This document shows positions 8,006-16,926 of a stretch of 64,000 bases of DNA, piece after piece (within the stretch, counting starts at the first letter, position 1; each line of letters starts with the position of its first letter). A program made the position numbers and the translations under genes. This stretch comes from Bacteroidota bacterium (GTDB taxonomy: Bacteria > Bacteroidota > Bacteroidia > Flavobacteriales > Flavobacteriaceae). Below the pieces are notes generated by a model, which had not been told where the DNA came from, ran no database searches, and was given only the letters and a program-made list of their open reading frames with translations. The stretch covers positions 17,379 to 81,378 of the forward strand of contig JBDLJB010000009.1 in assembly GCA_039714555.1 (NCBI GenBank). Direction: 5' to 3'.

Positions 8006-8893
8006 ATGACAGGATTTTTTGCGATTTTAGATGATATTGCTACATTAATGGATGATGTAGCTGTAATGTCAAAGATAGCTGCTAAGAAAACAGCTGGAGT
8101 ATTGGGCGACGATTTGGCCGTAGGAGCTGATCAGGCATCAAGTTTTAGAGCTTCGAGAGAATTACCGGTACTTTGGGCTATTACTAAAGGGTCATTTTTA
8201 AACAAGTTGATTATTTTACCATTTGCTTTTTTGTTAAGTGCTTTTTTACCACAATTAATTGTACCCATTTTACTTATTGGTGGAGTATATCTTAGTTATG
8301 AAGGAGTTGAAAAAATTATTCACACATTTTTTCATAAAGAAAACCATAACATAGATGAAATAATTGAAAGTAAAAGTTCAAAAGAGCTGCTTGAAGTTGA
8401 AAAATCAAAGATTAAAACAACTATTCTAACAGATTTTATACTATCTATTGAGATTATTATGATTGCTTTAGGAACTGTTTCAGATCAACCACTTATGAAA
8501 CAAATTTTAGTTGTATCAATTATTGCTATTGTTGCAACTGTTGGTGTATATGGAATTGTAGCTTTGATGGTTCGTATGGATGATACCGGGTATAAATTGG
8601 TAAAGAATGCAAGAGGAAAATCTAAGTTTGTCAAATCAGCTTTTGTAGCAACAGGTAAAGGTTTGGTTTGGACCTTGCCAAAACTTATTAAATTACTTGG
8701 TATTGTTGGTACCATTGCGATGTTATTGGTAGGAGGAGGAATGTTTGTTCATAATATTCACCAGATTCATGAATTTTTTCATGCAATACCTATTATTGTT
8801 ACAGAACTTGTTATGGGATTGATTGTAGGGCTTATTGCTTTTATTATTGTGGAAACCTTTAAGAAGGTTAAAACAAAATTATCTAATAAGTAG
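8006..8893 (+). CDS. DUF808 (YedI-like) inner-membrane protein
   Basis: The N-terminus FFAILDDIATLMDDVAVMSKIAAKKTAGVLGDDLAV is the hallmark DUF808 start. Multiple TM helices follow. Confidence 0.8.
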   Translation: MTGFFAILDDIATLMDDVAVMSKIAAKKTAGVLGDDLAVGADQASSFRASRELPVLWAITKGSFLNKLIILPFAFLLSAFLPQLIVPILLIGGVYLSYEGVEKIIHTFFHKENHNIDEIIESKSSKELLEVEKSKIKTTILTDFILSIEIIMIALGTVSDQPLMKQILVVSIIAIVATVGVYGIVALMVRMDDTGYKLVKNARGKSKFVKSAFVATGKGLVWTLPKLIKLLGIVGTIAMLLVGGGMFVHNIHQIHEFFHAIPIIVTELVMGLIVGLIAFIIVETFKKVKTKLSNK

Positions 8894-9113
8894 GTTTTGT
8901 GTAAAATGTGTATCAACAAAATATATCTATTTTAGTTTTAATATGAGTATTGGTAGATAAATCGGCTTTTTTTTTAACAGAGACCAATTAAATTAAAAAG
9001 TAAATTAAGTTTATTATTTTTTATTTTTGTGTACCATATAATTTTTTTTTAGTTTTATATTTTAACAAATTATTTAGTGTGCTGAAATCATTCAAGTATA
9101 ATTATAATTGACC

Positions 9114-11225
9114 ATGTTTAAAAATTCAAAATTCTATACAACATTCCTGATCATTTTTTTATTTTTATTTTTTTATACTGTGTATGATTATTACCAATAT
9201 AATGAAAAAAGAGATAAACAAGCTATTCAAAAAGGTGAAAGTAAAAGAAATGAAACTAAAAACATTCTAAATGGTGCTTTAGATACAATTGAAAGTGTGA
9301 CTTTGAATTTGGCTGAAAAATTATCAAAAAAACATTATTCAAAAAGTCAAATTGAAGAATTAATAAGACGAACTACTATTGAAAATGAATTTTGTCTTGG
9401 AATTACAGCTGCTTTTGAACCATTATATATTAATGATTCTTCTAAACAGTTATATGCCCCTTTTTATACTCGAAAGTATGATAAAATAGAATATATTGAA
9501 AATTCTTATGACTACACAAATGATACGATTAGCACTGCCCAATGGTACACCAAAGTTATTCAACAAAAAAAAGGTGTTTGGAGTGATCCATATATTGGAC
9601 AAGTAGCGCAAGAATTGGTTGTAGATTACGGAATTCCTTTTTATCAAACTGATAGGTCCGGCAACAATAATATTGCCGGAGTAATATCTTTTACTATATC
9701 TACATCTCATATTACTAATTATCTTCATGATATTACTTTAGGGAAAGCGGGTTTTGCATTTATTGCTAATAAAGATTTATATTTAATTTCTCACCCATCA
9801 ACAGAATTAATGACTAAACCTGAAAGGTCAAGAGAATTATTAAAAAGTCAACCTATATATAAATCATTAAATGAAAGAAAAGAAGGATATTTTACAGGGT
9901 ATAGTATCATTGCTCAAGAAGATGCTGAGTTTTTCTTTACAGAACTTAATAATCAGTGGATATTAGCTGTTGTTATACCAAAACATGATTTACAGGAATA
10001 TACAAGTAAAATTTCAAGAAAATTAATTCATATATCTATATTTCTAACATTAACCTTAATTGCTTTTATAATTTTATTCTTAAAAATATGGGAAGGCAAT
10101 ACCAGAAATTTATGGTTGTTTTCATTTTCAATTGGCACCTTATTATTTCTAAATATAGTTTTTCTTTGGTATCTTAATAAAAGTGATGAGTTTTATAATG
10201 ATAAAGCTGAACAAACAAAAATACTGAGTATTACCACTGTTGATAATTATCTTAATACCCGAAATAAAAAGCTTAAACAGATTGACTCTTCATTAGAGTT
10301 AGTTGAAATTCCAACAGGTGTTTTTTTATATGACATTGATTTTAAGAATGCTTATGATGTTGCAATAATTGGGAAGATATGGCAAAAAATACCAGATAAC
10401 TTTGAGTTAAAAAATGAGACAACCTTTGTTTTTCCTCAAGCTTCTGCTACTGGAATTTCAGTTCGAACAAGGCCAATGTCGAAAGAACATATTGATGATT
10501 ATTGGCTATATAGTTATGATTTTAATGCAACAATTCAGTTTGATTTTAATTATTTAAAATACCCACTAAATTATAAAAAACTAGATCTACAAATTACTTA
10601 TCCGCATATAGACGATAATGTAGTATTAACTCCAGATATACAATCCTATGAATTTGTAGATCCTTCATTAAACCCTGGAGTTAGTAGTGATATATATATG
10701 CCAAATTCAAAAGTTTTAGAATCCTATTTTTCATTTCATGAACATAATTTTTACACTAATTTAGGAAATAATTATTATAAAGGGTTAAAAGAAACCGCAG
10801 TATTAACCTTTAATGTTTTGATTAAAAATGTTATTATTAGTTCAATTATTTCAAACATCATTCCAGCTTTTATTATTGCTGTAATGTTATTCTTATTGCC
10901 TTTTACAATTGATAAAAGGGATGGTGAAATAAAAGAAGGTGGTGCTTTAAATATTATTCAGGCTGCAGGTGGTTTCTTTTTTGTTTTATTGCTTGCACAT
11001 ATACAATTAAGAAATGATATTGAAACACCGGGATTGATCTATCTTGAAACTTTATATTTTGTAATGTATTTTATGTTGGCAATTATGTCAACTGCAGTAC
11101 TGCTATTTTTAAAAACCAATGATTATAAAATTTTAGAATATAAACATAACCTAATTTTTAAATTGAGTTATTGGCCAATTTTATTTTTAAGTATTTATAT
11201 AATTTCATTATATATATTTTATTAA
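9114..11225 (+). CDS. double-Cache sensor fused to a prokaryotic pentameric ligand-gated ion channel (Cys-loop superfamily homologue), 7 predicted TM
   Basis: Domain order is TM1, dCache-like region, TM2-TM3 hairpin, pLGIC-like extracellular domain, then M1-M4. The dCache motifs are AQWYTKV, WSDPYIGQ, VVDYGIPFY, GVISFTIS and GKAGFAFIANKDLYLISHP. The extracellular-domain motifs are IPTGVFLYDIDF, KYPLNYKKLDLQI and NVVLTPD. The channel helices include IIPAFIIAVMLF, LLLAHI and ETPGLIYLETLYFVMYF. The track start at 9108 is TTG; the first ATG is at 9114. Confidence 0.75.
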   Translation: MFKNSKFYTTFLIIFLFLFFYTVYDYYQYNEKRDKQAIQKGESKRNETKNILNGALDTIESVTLNLAEKLSKKHYSKSQIEELIRRTTIENEFCLGITAAFEPLYINDSSKQLYAPFYTRKYDKIEYIENSYDYTNDTISTAQWYTKVIQQKKGVWSDPYIGQVAQELVVDYGIPFYQTDRSGNNNIAGVISFTISTSHITNYLHDITLGKAGFAFIANKDLYLISHPSTELMTKPERSRELLKSQPIYKSLNERKEGYFTGYSIIAQEDAEFFFTELNNQWILAVVIPKHDLQEYTSKISRKLIHISIFLTLTLIAFIILFLKIWEGNTRNLWLFSFSIGTLLFLNIVFLWYLNKSDEFYNDKAEQTKILSITTVDNYLNTRNKKLKQIDSSLELVEIPTGVFLYDIDFKNAYDVAIIGKIWQKIPDNFELKNETTFVFPQASATGISVRTRPMSKEHIDDYWLYSYDFNATIQFDFNYLKYPLNYKKLDLQITYPHIDDNVVLTPDIQSYEFVDPSLNPGVSSDIYMPNSKVLESYFSFHEHNFYTNLGNNYYKGLKETAVLTFNVLIKNVIISSIISNIIPAFIIAVMLFLLPFTIDKRDGEIKEGGALNIIQAAGGFFFVLLLAHIQLRNDIETPGLIYLETLYFVMYFMLAIMSTAVLLFLKTNDYKILEYKHNLIFKLSYWPILFLSIYIISLYIFY

Positions 11226-11237
11226 CATCTTATTTTT

Positions 11238-12353
11238 ATGAAATTAATTTTTATATCACTTGTCATATTTATTTTTGGGATAAGTTTTTTACATGCACAG
11301 GAAGAAATTAACACTTCAAGTCAAGATACTTTAATAGTTGGCTATAATATCAATGCACCTTTTATTTATAAAGATAATGATAAATTAGAAGGATTAAGTT
11401 ATAGATTATGGCAAAAGATAACTGCAAATGACAATAATTTTTATAAATTAGAATATTACCCATTGGATAGTTTACTGTTGGGTTTGTCAAATGGTTCTAT
11501 TGACATAGGATTATCACCATTAACTATAACAAGCGATAGAAGTGAAAAGATAGATTTTTCAGTACCGTATTATATTTCAAATTCAACGGTAATAGTTAAA
11601 AAATTAAATTTTAAGCAGAAAGTTTCTAGATTTTATTCTTCCATTTCCATAATAAATTTCCTAAAGATTTTGGGTTTTTTATTTATTTTATTAGCAGTCT
11701 TTGGCCTTTTTGTCTGGATATTTGAAGGTGGTAAAAATGAAGAATTCGGCAAGGGTATTCATGGCTTTTGGAATGGAATCTGGTGGTCAGCAGTAACAAT
11801 GACCACAGTAGGGTATGGAGATAAATCCCCAAAAACATTTGGTGGAAGAGTTGTTGGTTTGATCTGGATGTTTGCGGCAATTATTTTAATCTCAAGTATT
11901 ACTGCAGGAATTACTTCATCGCTTACCGTTAAAAAATTAAGCTGGTCCAATGATGATTTATCTACATTTAAAGAAGTTACAATAGGTACTGTAAAAGGTT
12001 CGGCAACCGAACGGAGATTACTTGATAATTATTACAATAATTTAAAAAGCTATCATACTTTTGATGAATTATTATATGGCTTAAAAAAAGATGAAGTTCA
12101 AGTTGTTGCTTATGATGAACCTCTTTTACGATTTGTTCTTAAAAATGAAAAGGATTTTAAAGATTTTGAATTTTTAAATATTTCATTTAATCAATCTTTA
12201 TATGCCATGGGCTTTTCTAAAAAGTTAAGTGCCAAGAAAAAAGCTGAAATGTCACAAAAAATATTAGAATTTTCTGAAAGTAATGATTGGAAGATCTTGT
12301 TATCAAAATACGATCTGATTAACAATCAACGTCTTATTTTAGAAACAAAGTAA
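11238..12353 (+). CDS. GluR0-type prokaryotic ionotropic glutamate-receptor homologue (substrate-binding domain interrupted by a K+ channel pore)
   Basis: A signal peptide is followed by the S1 lobe (LIVGYNINAPFIY...LTITSDRSEKIDFSVPYY). Next come M1 (ILGFLFILLAVFGLFVWIF), the pore helix and filter WWSAVTMTTVGYGDKSP, and M2 (VVGLIWMFAAIILISSITAGI). The S2 lobe follows (TIGTVKGSATE...VVAYDEPLL). There is no further TM. Confidence 0.8.
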   Translation: MKLIFISLVIFIFGISFLHAQEEINTSSQDTLIVGYNINAPFIYKDNDKLEGLSYRLWQKITANDNNFYKLEYYPLDSLLLGLSNGSIDIGLSPLTITSDRSEKIDFSVPYYISNSTVIVKKLNFKQKVSRFYSSISIINFLKILGFLFILLAVFGLFVWIFEGGKNEEFGKGIHGFWNGIWWSAVTMTTVGYGDKSPKTFGGRVVGLIWMFAAIILISSITAGITSSLTVKKLSWSNDDLSTFKEVTIGTVKGSATERRLLDNYYNNLKSYHTFDELLYGLKKDEVQVVAYDEPLLRFVLKNEKDFKDFEFLNISFNQSLYAMGFSKKLSAKKKAEMSQKILEFSESNDWKILLSKYDLINNQRLILETK

Positions 12354-12354
12354 A

Positions 12355-13056
12355 TTATTCCACAACATTAGGATTTTTCATCAAACCAAATTTATCTATT
12401 GGCATTTCTACAAAATGCTCTAACATTTCTTGAATATCACCTTCTACAACTGATAGATCTTCTCTGATCAATTGTACAAGATTATCTAAGGACACAAAAT
12501 ATTCTTTAAAAGAATCTTCTTCTAATGGAATTTCCAAACTTTTATAAATTGAAGCAAGAAAATCTGGATGCTTATTAAAATATTTTACGAAGTGTTTAAT
12601 TTGTTTTTTTGACATATTTCGGGGATATAAGCAGCCATATACCTTTAATTGCACTATGAATTGTGAAAAGGTTGAAACTAAATCAGAACTTGCAACCATA
12701 GCTGATTCACCTATTTTATTTTCTACCACTTCAATTTCATCTTTATCGATGAAACCATCATCATCCATTTTAAAAATTATTTCTAAAATATTTTGATACA
12801 TATCAATTTTTTTATCAAATAATTTTTTTTCAAATTCACCTTCTCTTTCATGCCTGGATTGTATTTTCATAACTACCATCATTGCAGCAACAGTAAACGA
12901 TGCCCCTAAGGTTGCAGCTAAAATTTCAATGGTAAAATCACTAACTCCCTGTTTAAAAAAAAGATGTAAAAATAAGAATGCAAAAATTGCAAAGATTGCC
13001 GCATAGAGTACAATTAATGAATCCCTTTGCTTTGAAGTTTTATTTTTTTTCATCAT
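12355..13056 (-). CDS. two-TM membrane protein with a cytoplasmic helical domain, unknown function
   Basis: Track ORF. It has a basic N-terminus, two hydrophobic helices and an acidic soluble domain of about 160 aa. Its stop lies 1 nt from the stop of the convergent gene at 12353. Confidence 0.55.
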   Translation of the reverse strand: MMKKNKTSKQRDSLIVLYAAIFAIFAFLFLHLFFKQGVSDFTIEILAATLGASFTVAAMMVVMKIQSRHEREGEFEKKLFDKKIDMYQNILEIIFKMDDDGFIDKDEIEVVENKIGESAMVASSDLVSTFSQFIVQLKVYGCLYPRNMSKKQIKHFVKYFNKHPDFLASIYKSLEIPLEEDSFKEYFVSLDNLVQLIREDLSVVEGDIQEMLEHFVEMPIDKFGLMKNPNVVE

Positions 13057-13141
13057 GTTTCATTTGTGGTTTAAATATATACAATTATACTTTGAGATAA
13101 AATATATTTGTAATAAACTTGATAAAAGGACTAGTCTATGA

Positions 13142-14320
13142 TTAGTTTATTAAATTTATATGTTTACTCCATGTTTTATCAAAATCAATTCTCAAACCAA
13201 TAACAAAAACGTTAGATCTTTCTGCCCCTGATTCGTCAAAACTTTTGTTATTATATCTATACTCAGAATAAACAGAAGCATATTTAAGGAAATGATATTG
13301 TGCGCCTAACAAATAAAAACGTTTGCTAAAATCTTTAGGTAATAATCTGTTATCTGATTCGGGTTTTTCATAATTAATTCCTGCCAATACCTTTAAATGA
13401 TTATTCATAAATGAATAAGTAGCTACAATTTCATAACCTTTTCCCGGATATACTATAGATTCAAGTTCTTCTGTTTCAGGATTAATAATATTGACAAAAT
13501 CACCATTTTTCTGACTTGCATAAATAGCAGATATTAATAACGGTCCATTTTTATAATCAATTCCTGCGGTAAAATATATAGGGTCACCTTCTAATCCTTG
13601 AAGATTTGGAAGTTCTAAAAACTTTGGCCCTAATAATGCTTTATTGTAAGCTGTACCTAAGGTTAAATGATCTGTTAAATGAAGCCTTAAAGAAGCACCA
13701 TAATTATCAAAAATATTTGAACCGCCCCTGGCTCTCATTTGTGTTTGTAAACCCACATCAAATTTCCAAAACGAATTTCTATAAATAATGGCACTTTCAG
13801 CTCTACCGGTTCCTGTTTCCCCACCATCGCCACCAGTTGGAGAATATACATAACTCGCCTGTGCACTTATAACATTAAAAATATCTGTTTTTCCGGCTAC
13901 ATCTTTATAAACACTATTCAATTTACCAATTGTTAAATTACCGTATTCAGCAAAATCAACCCCTAAAAAACCCAATCGAGTTGAAAAAGTACTTTTTTTA
14001 TCACTAAATTCTAAAATAGTAAAGCCATCATTACTTGTGTTTGGGTCAGCTTGAAAGCTAAATTGATTGTCAATTAAATTAACCGCAAACTCACCACCAA
14101 AATAAACTTTAAACTTTTCATTTTCTCCAAAATAATAGTCAAATTCAAAACCTACTCTGGGGCTAGCATCCTGTATTTCGGTTTCACCATTAAATGCAGC
14201 TAAATGTGCTCTAAAAATTCCATAAGTATTAAACTCTAAATTTTTTGTTAATGTATCTTCTTGACTGATTATTGATCCAGTAAAAAATAGGAAGACGAAA
14301 AAAGAAAATATTTGTTTCAT
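13142..14320 (-). CDS. outer-membrane porin-like beta-barrel protein
   Basis: Signal peptide MKQIFSFFVFLFFTGSIISQ followed by alternating amphipathic beta-strand patterns rich in Tyr/Gly/Asn/Phe. The family assignment is generic. Confidence 0.55.
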   Translation of the reverse strand: MKQIFSFFVFLFFTGSIISQEDTLTKNLEFNTYGIFRAHLAAFNGETEIQDASPRVGFEFDYYFGENEKFKVYFGGEFAVNLIDNQFSFQADPNTSNDGFTILEFSDKKSTFSTRLGFLGVDFAEYGNLTIGKLNSVYKDVAGKTDIFNVISAQASYVYSPTGGDGGETGTGRAESAIIYRNSFWKFDVGLQTQMRARGGSNIFDNYGASLRLHLTDHLTLGTAYNKALLGPKFLELPNLQGLEGDPIYFTAGIDYKNGPLLISAIYASQKNGDFVNIINPETEELESIVYPGKGYEIVATYSFMNNHLKVLAGINYEKPESDNRLLPKDFSKRFYLLGAQYHFLKYASVYSEYRYNNKSFDESGAERSNVFVIGLRIDFDKTWSKHINLIN

Positions 14321-14533
14321 TAAAGTTTGGTTTTACTTTTTTTTAAAGATTAAATTTACAATTTTATTATTATATAAAAGAAATTGAGTAAAAATTTCTA
14401 AATATATAATTAATGATTCGAGTTTTTTGAATTTTTTTCTAAATCACTTGAACATAATAACAAATTAATATTATCATAACCTTTATTTAATTAAATCAAA
14501 TTTAATAATTATTTAATAAGACAGAATTGTTAA

Positions 14534-15451
14534 TTAAAAAGTAAATTCATTTTTAAAAACAGTTAAAACCTCTAATAATGTTCTGGTTGGGATATTGGTC
14601 AATGCATTGATTTGCATATTGGGTTTCACTTTTAATTCTCTCAATTTTAATTGCTGATTGATAAACAAAGTTTCCAAATTTGGATAAAGCTTTTTGAGAT
14701 TATCCACTATGTAATTAATAGATAAATTATCTTCAACCAAATTATAATTTCCTTTTGGTAAATTACTGAATATCAATTCTTTTAAAACATTTGTAGTTTT
14801 ATCAATATGAATAAATGAACGATGTTGTTCACCGGTACCTTGAATTGCAATTCGATTTTTATAATTGGCTTCAAACATAAATTTATTGATCACCGAATCA
14901 AAACGCATACTTTTACTATAACCGTAGATATTACCACAACGAATTATATAGGTTTCCATGTCTTTATTTAAAAGTCTATTTACATGCTCTTCACCTCTTA
15001 ACTTAGAAATACCGTAAAAGGTCTTTGGATTTGGATTGGTATTTTTATTTACTTCTTTTGAAGATGCACCATAAACTGAAGCACTACTGGTGTAAATAAA
15101 TTTTTTAACATTGCTTTCTTCAACTGCATAAATAACTTCGGCAGTTCCCCAATGGTTTATTTGCTCAAAAAGATGTGGGTTTTGATCTGCAAAAGGCGTT
15201 GTAACATTAGCTGCCAAATGATATACCACATCTACACCCTTTAAGGTTTTTTTTAGCAAACGCGAGTCGAGAATATCTCCTTGAATAAATTTTATTTTAT
15301 TACTGAGTTTTTGTGTGCCTATAAATAAATTGATATTTCCCCTACTCAAATTGTCATAAATAATAATTTGTTCTACTTCAGGATTTTTATCCAATTCATA
15401 AGTTAATTCTGTTCCTATATATCCGGCTCCACCGGTGATGAGTATTTTCAT
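14534..15451 (-). CDS. NAD-dependent epimerase/dehydratase family (extended SDR) protein
   Basis: MKILITGGAGYIGTEL Rossmann motif and the YGISK catalytic YxxxK. Confidence 0.85.
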   Translation of the reverse strand: MKILITGGAGYIGTELTYELDKNPEVEQIIIYDNLSRGNINLFIGTQKLSNKIKFIQGDILDSRLLKKTLKGVDVVYHLAANVTTPFADQNPHLFEQINHWGTAEVIYAVEESNVKKFIYTSSASVYGASSKEVNKNTNPNPKTFYGISKLRGEEHVNRLLNKDMETYIIRCGNIYGYSKSMRFDSVINKFMFEANYKNRIAIQGTGEQHRSFIHIDKTTNVLKELIFSNLPKGNYNLVEDNLSINYIVDNLKKLYPNLETLFINQQLKLRELKVKPNMQINALTNIPTRTLLEVLTVFKNEFTF

Positions 15452-15460
15452 TTGAAAGTT

Positions 15461-16114
15461 TTACTTTTTAACAAGATCCGTATGCAATCCACATTCAGTT
15501 TTATTTAAACCTGCCCACCTACCTGAACGGTCATTAGTGAAATCAATTTTTTGAGTGCAAGGTTCACAACCAATGCTTATGTAACCTTTTTCCTCAAGCG
15601 GATGTTTTGGTAAATTATATTTTTTAATATAATCATAGATCATTTTATTGTTCCAATCTAAAATAGGGTGGAAGCGTTTGCAATTAAAAGCACCATCTTC
15701 TTCAACTTCCATTTTTTCTCTGTTCTCATTTTGATCTGCTCTAATACCGTTGATCCAAATGTCATAATCCGCTAAAACCGTTTCCATAGGTTGGGTTTTA
15801 TTAAGATAACAGCAGTGATCCGGGTCAGAAGTAAAAAGTAAATTACCATTGCAATCTTTTTGATTGATCTTAGATACTTTTGGATTTATATTTACAAGGT
15901 TTAAATCTAACAATTTTACTACATTATCTCTAAATTGTAAAGTTTTTGGGAAGAGGTATCCGGTATTGATAAACATTATCGGAATAGATTTATCGATTTC
16001 ACTTATAATGTGTAACAAAGGAATGCTATGAGTTTGAAAAGAAGAAGTAATAAATATTTTTAATCCTTCTTTTTTATAATTTTCAATGTATTTTTTAATG
16101 TTACCAACAGTCAT
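15461..16114 (-). CDS. cysH: phosphoadenylyl-/adenylyl-sulfate reductase (thioredoxin-dependent), APS-reductase-type Fe-S signature
   Basis: C-terminal ECGLH motif, plus the CC (DPDHCCYL) and CxxC (GCEPCT) cysteine pairs characteristic of [4Fe-4S] APS reductases. Confidence 0.8.
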   Translation of the reverse strand: MTVGNIKKYIENYKKEGLKIFITSSFQTHSIPLLHIISEIDKSIPIMFINTGYLFPKTLQFRDNVVKLLDLNLVNINPKVSKINQKDCNGNLLFTSDPDHCCYLNKTQPMETVLADYDIWINGIRADQNENREKMEVEEDGAFNCKRFHPILDWNNKMIYDYIKKYNLPKHPLEEKGYISIGCEPCTQKIDFTNDRSGRWAGLNKTECGLHTDLVKK

Positions 16115-16185
16115 TAAAGAAAGTTTTAAAGTGAAGCAAATGTAACATTTTCATATTCTGATAGCAATCTTTTTTATTGATTTAT

Positions 16186-16193
16186 TACATTTG
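16186..16193 (+). promoter_or_regulatory. -7 promoter box TACATTTG
   Basis: Exact TAnnTTTG, ending 20 nt upstream of the ATG at 16214. Confidence 0.4.
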
Positions 16194-16213
16194 TTTCCCT
16201 AAATACACCTATA

Positions 16214-16804
16214 ATGAAAATTGTTTTTGCTACTAATAATAAAAATAAGGCAGAAGAGATAAAAGCTTTATTACCTGATCATATTGAAATTTTAAGTTTA
16301 AAAGATATTGGTTGTACCGAAGAGATAGAAGAAACAGAAGATACAATTGAAGGAAATGCCAAATTAAAAGCCAATTATATTACAAAAAATTACGGTTATG
16401 ATTGTTTTGCAGATGATACCGGATTAGAAGTTGATGCATTAGATGGCGCACCAGGAGTTTATGCCGCCAGATATGCAGGCGAAAACGTTACTTATGAAGA
16501 TAATTTACAAAAATTATTGTATGAAATGCAAAATAAAACTGATAGAAAAGCTCGGTTTAGAACAGTTATTGCCTTGAATTTAAAGGATAAGCAATATTTG
16601 TATGAAGGAATATGTAAGGGAAAGATATTATATCAAAAACAAGGAGGTAAGGGATTTGGATATGACCCCATTTTTCAACCTGATGGATTTGACAGATCCT
16701 TCGCCGAAATGAGTTTAGAGGAAAAAGGAAAAATATCACATAGAGGTATCGCAACGAGAGCGTTAATAAAATTTTTAAAGGCTAAAGTTGAAAGTGAAAA
16801 GTAA
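16214..16804 (+). CDS. rdgB: non-canonical purine NTP pyrophosphatase (RdgB/HAM1 family)
   Basis: MKIVFATNNKNKAEEI start, FADDTGLEVDALDGAPGVYAARYAG and GFGYDPIF motifs. Confidence 0.9.
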   Translation: MKIVFATNNKNKAEEIKALLPDHIEILSLKDIGCTEEIEETEDTIEGNAKLKANYITKNYGYDCFADDTGLEVDALDGAPGVYAARYAGENVTYEDNLQKLLYEMQNKTDRKARFRTVIALNLKDKQYLYEGICKGKILYQKQGGKGFGYDPIFQPDGFDRSFAEMSLEEKGKISHRGIATRALIKFLKAKVESEK

Positions 16805-16926
16805 AAAGGAAAAATGTTAAAAATTTGATATACTTCTTATTAAAAATATTAATAACCTCCAATGATGTGTAATTATGAGTAGTTTTTTAATAATCTTCAA
16901 ATTAGTATTTATATCTTCAAATTAAA

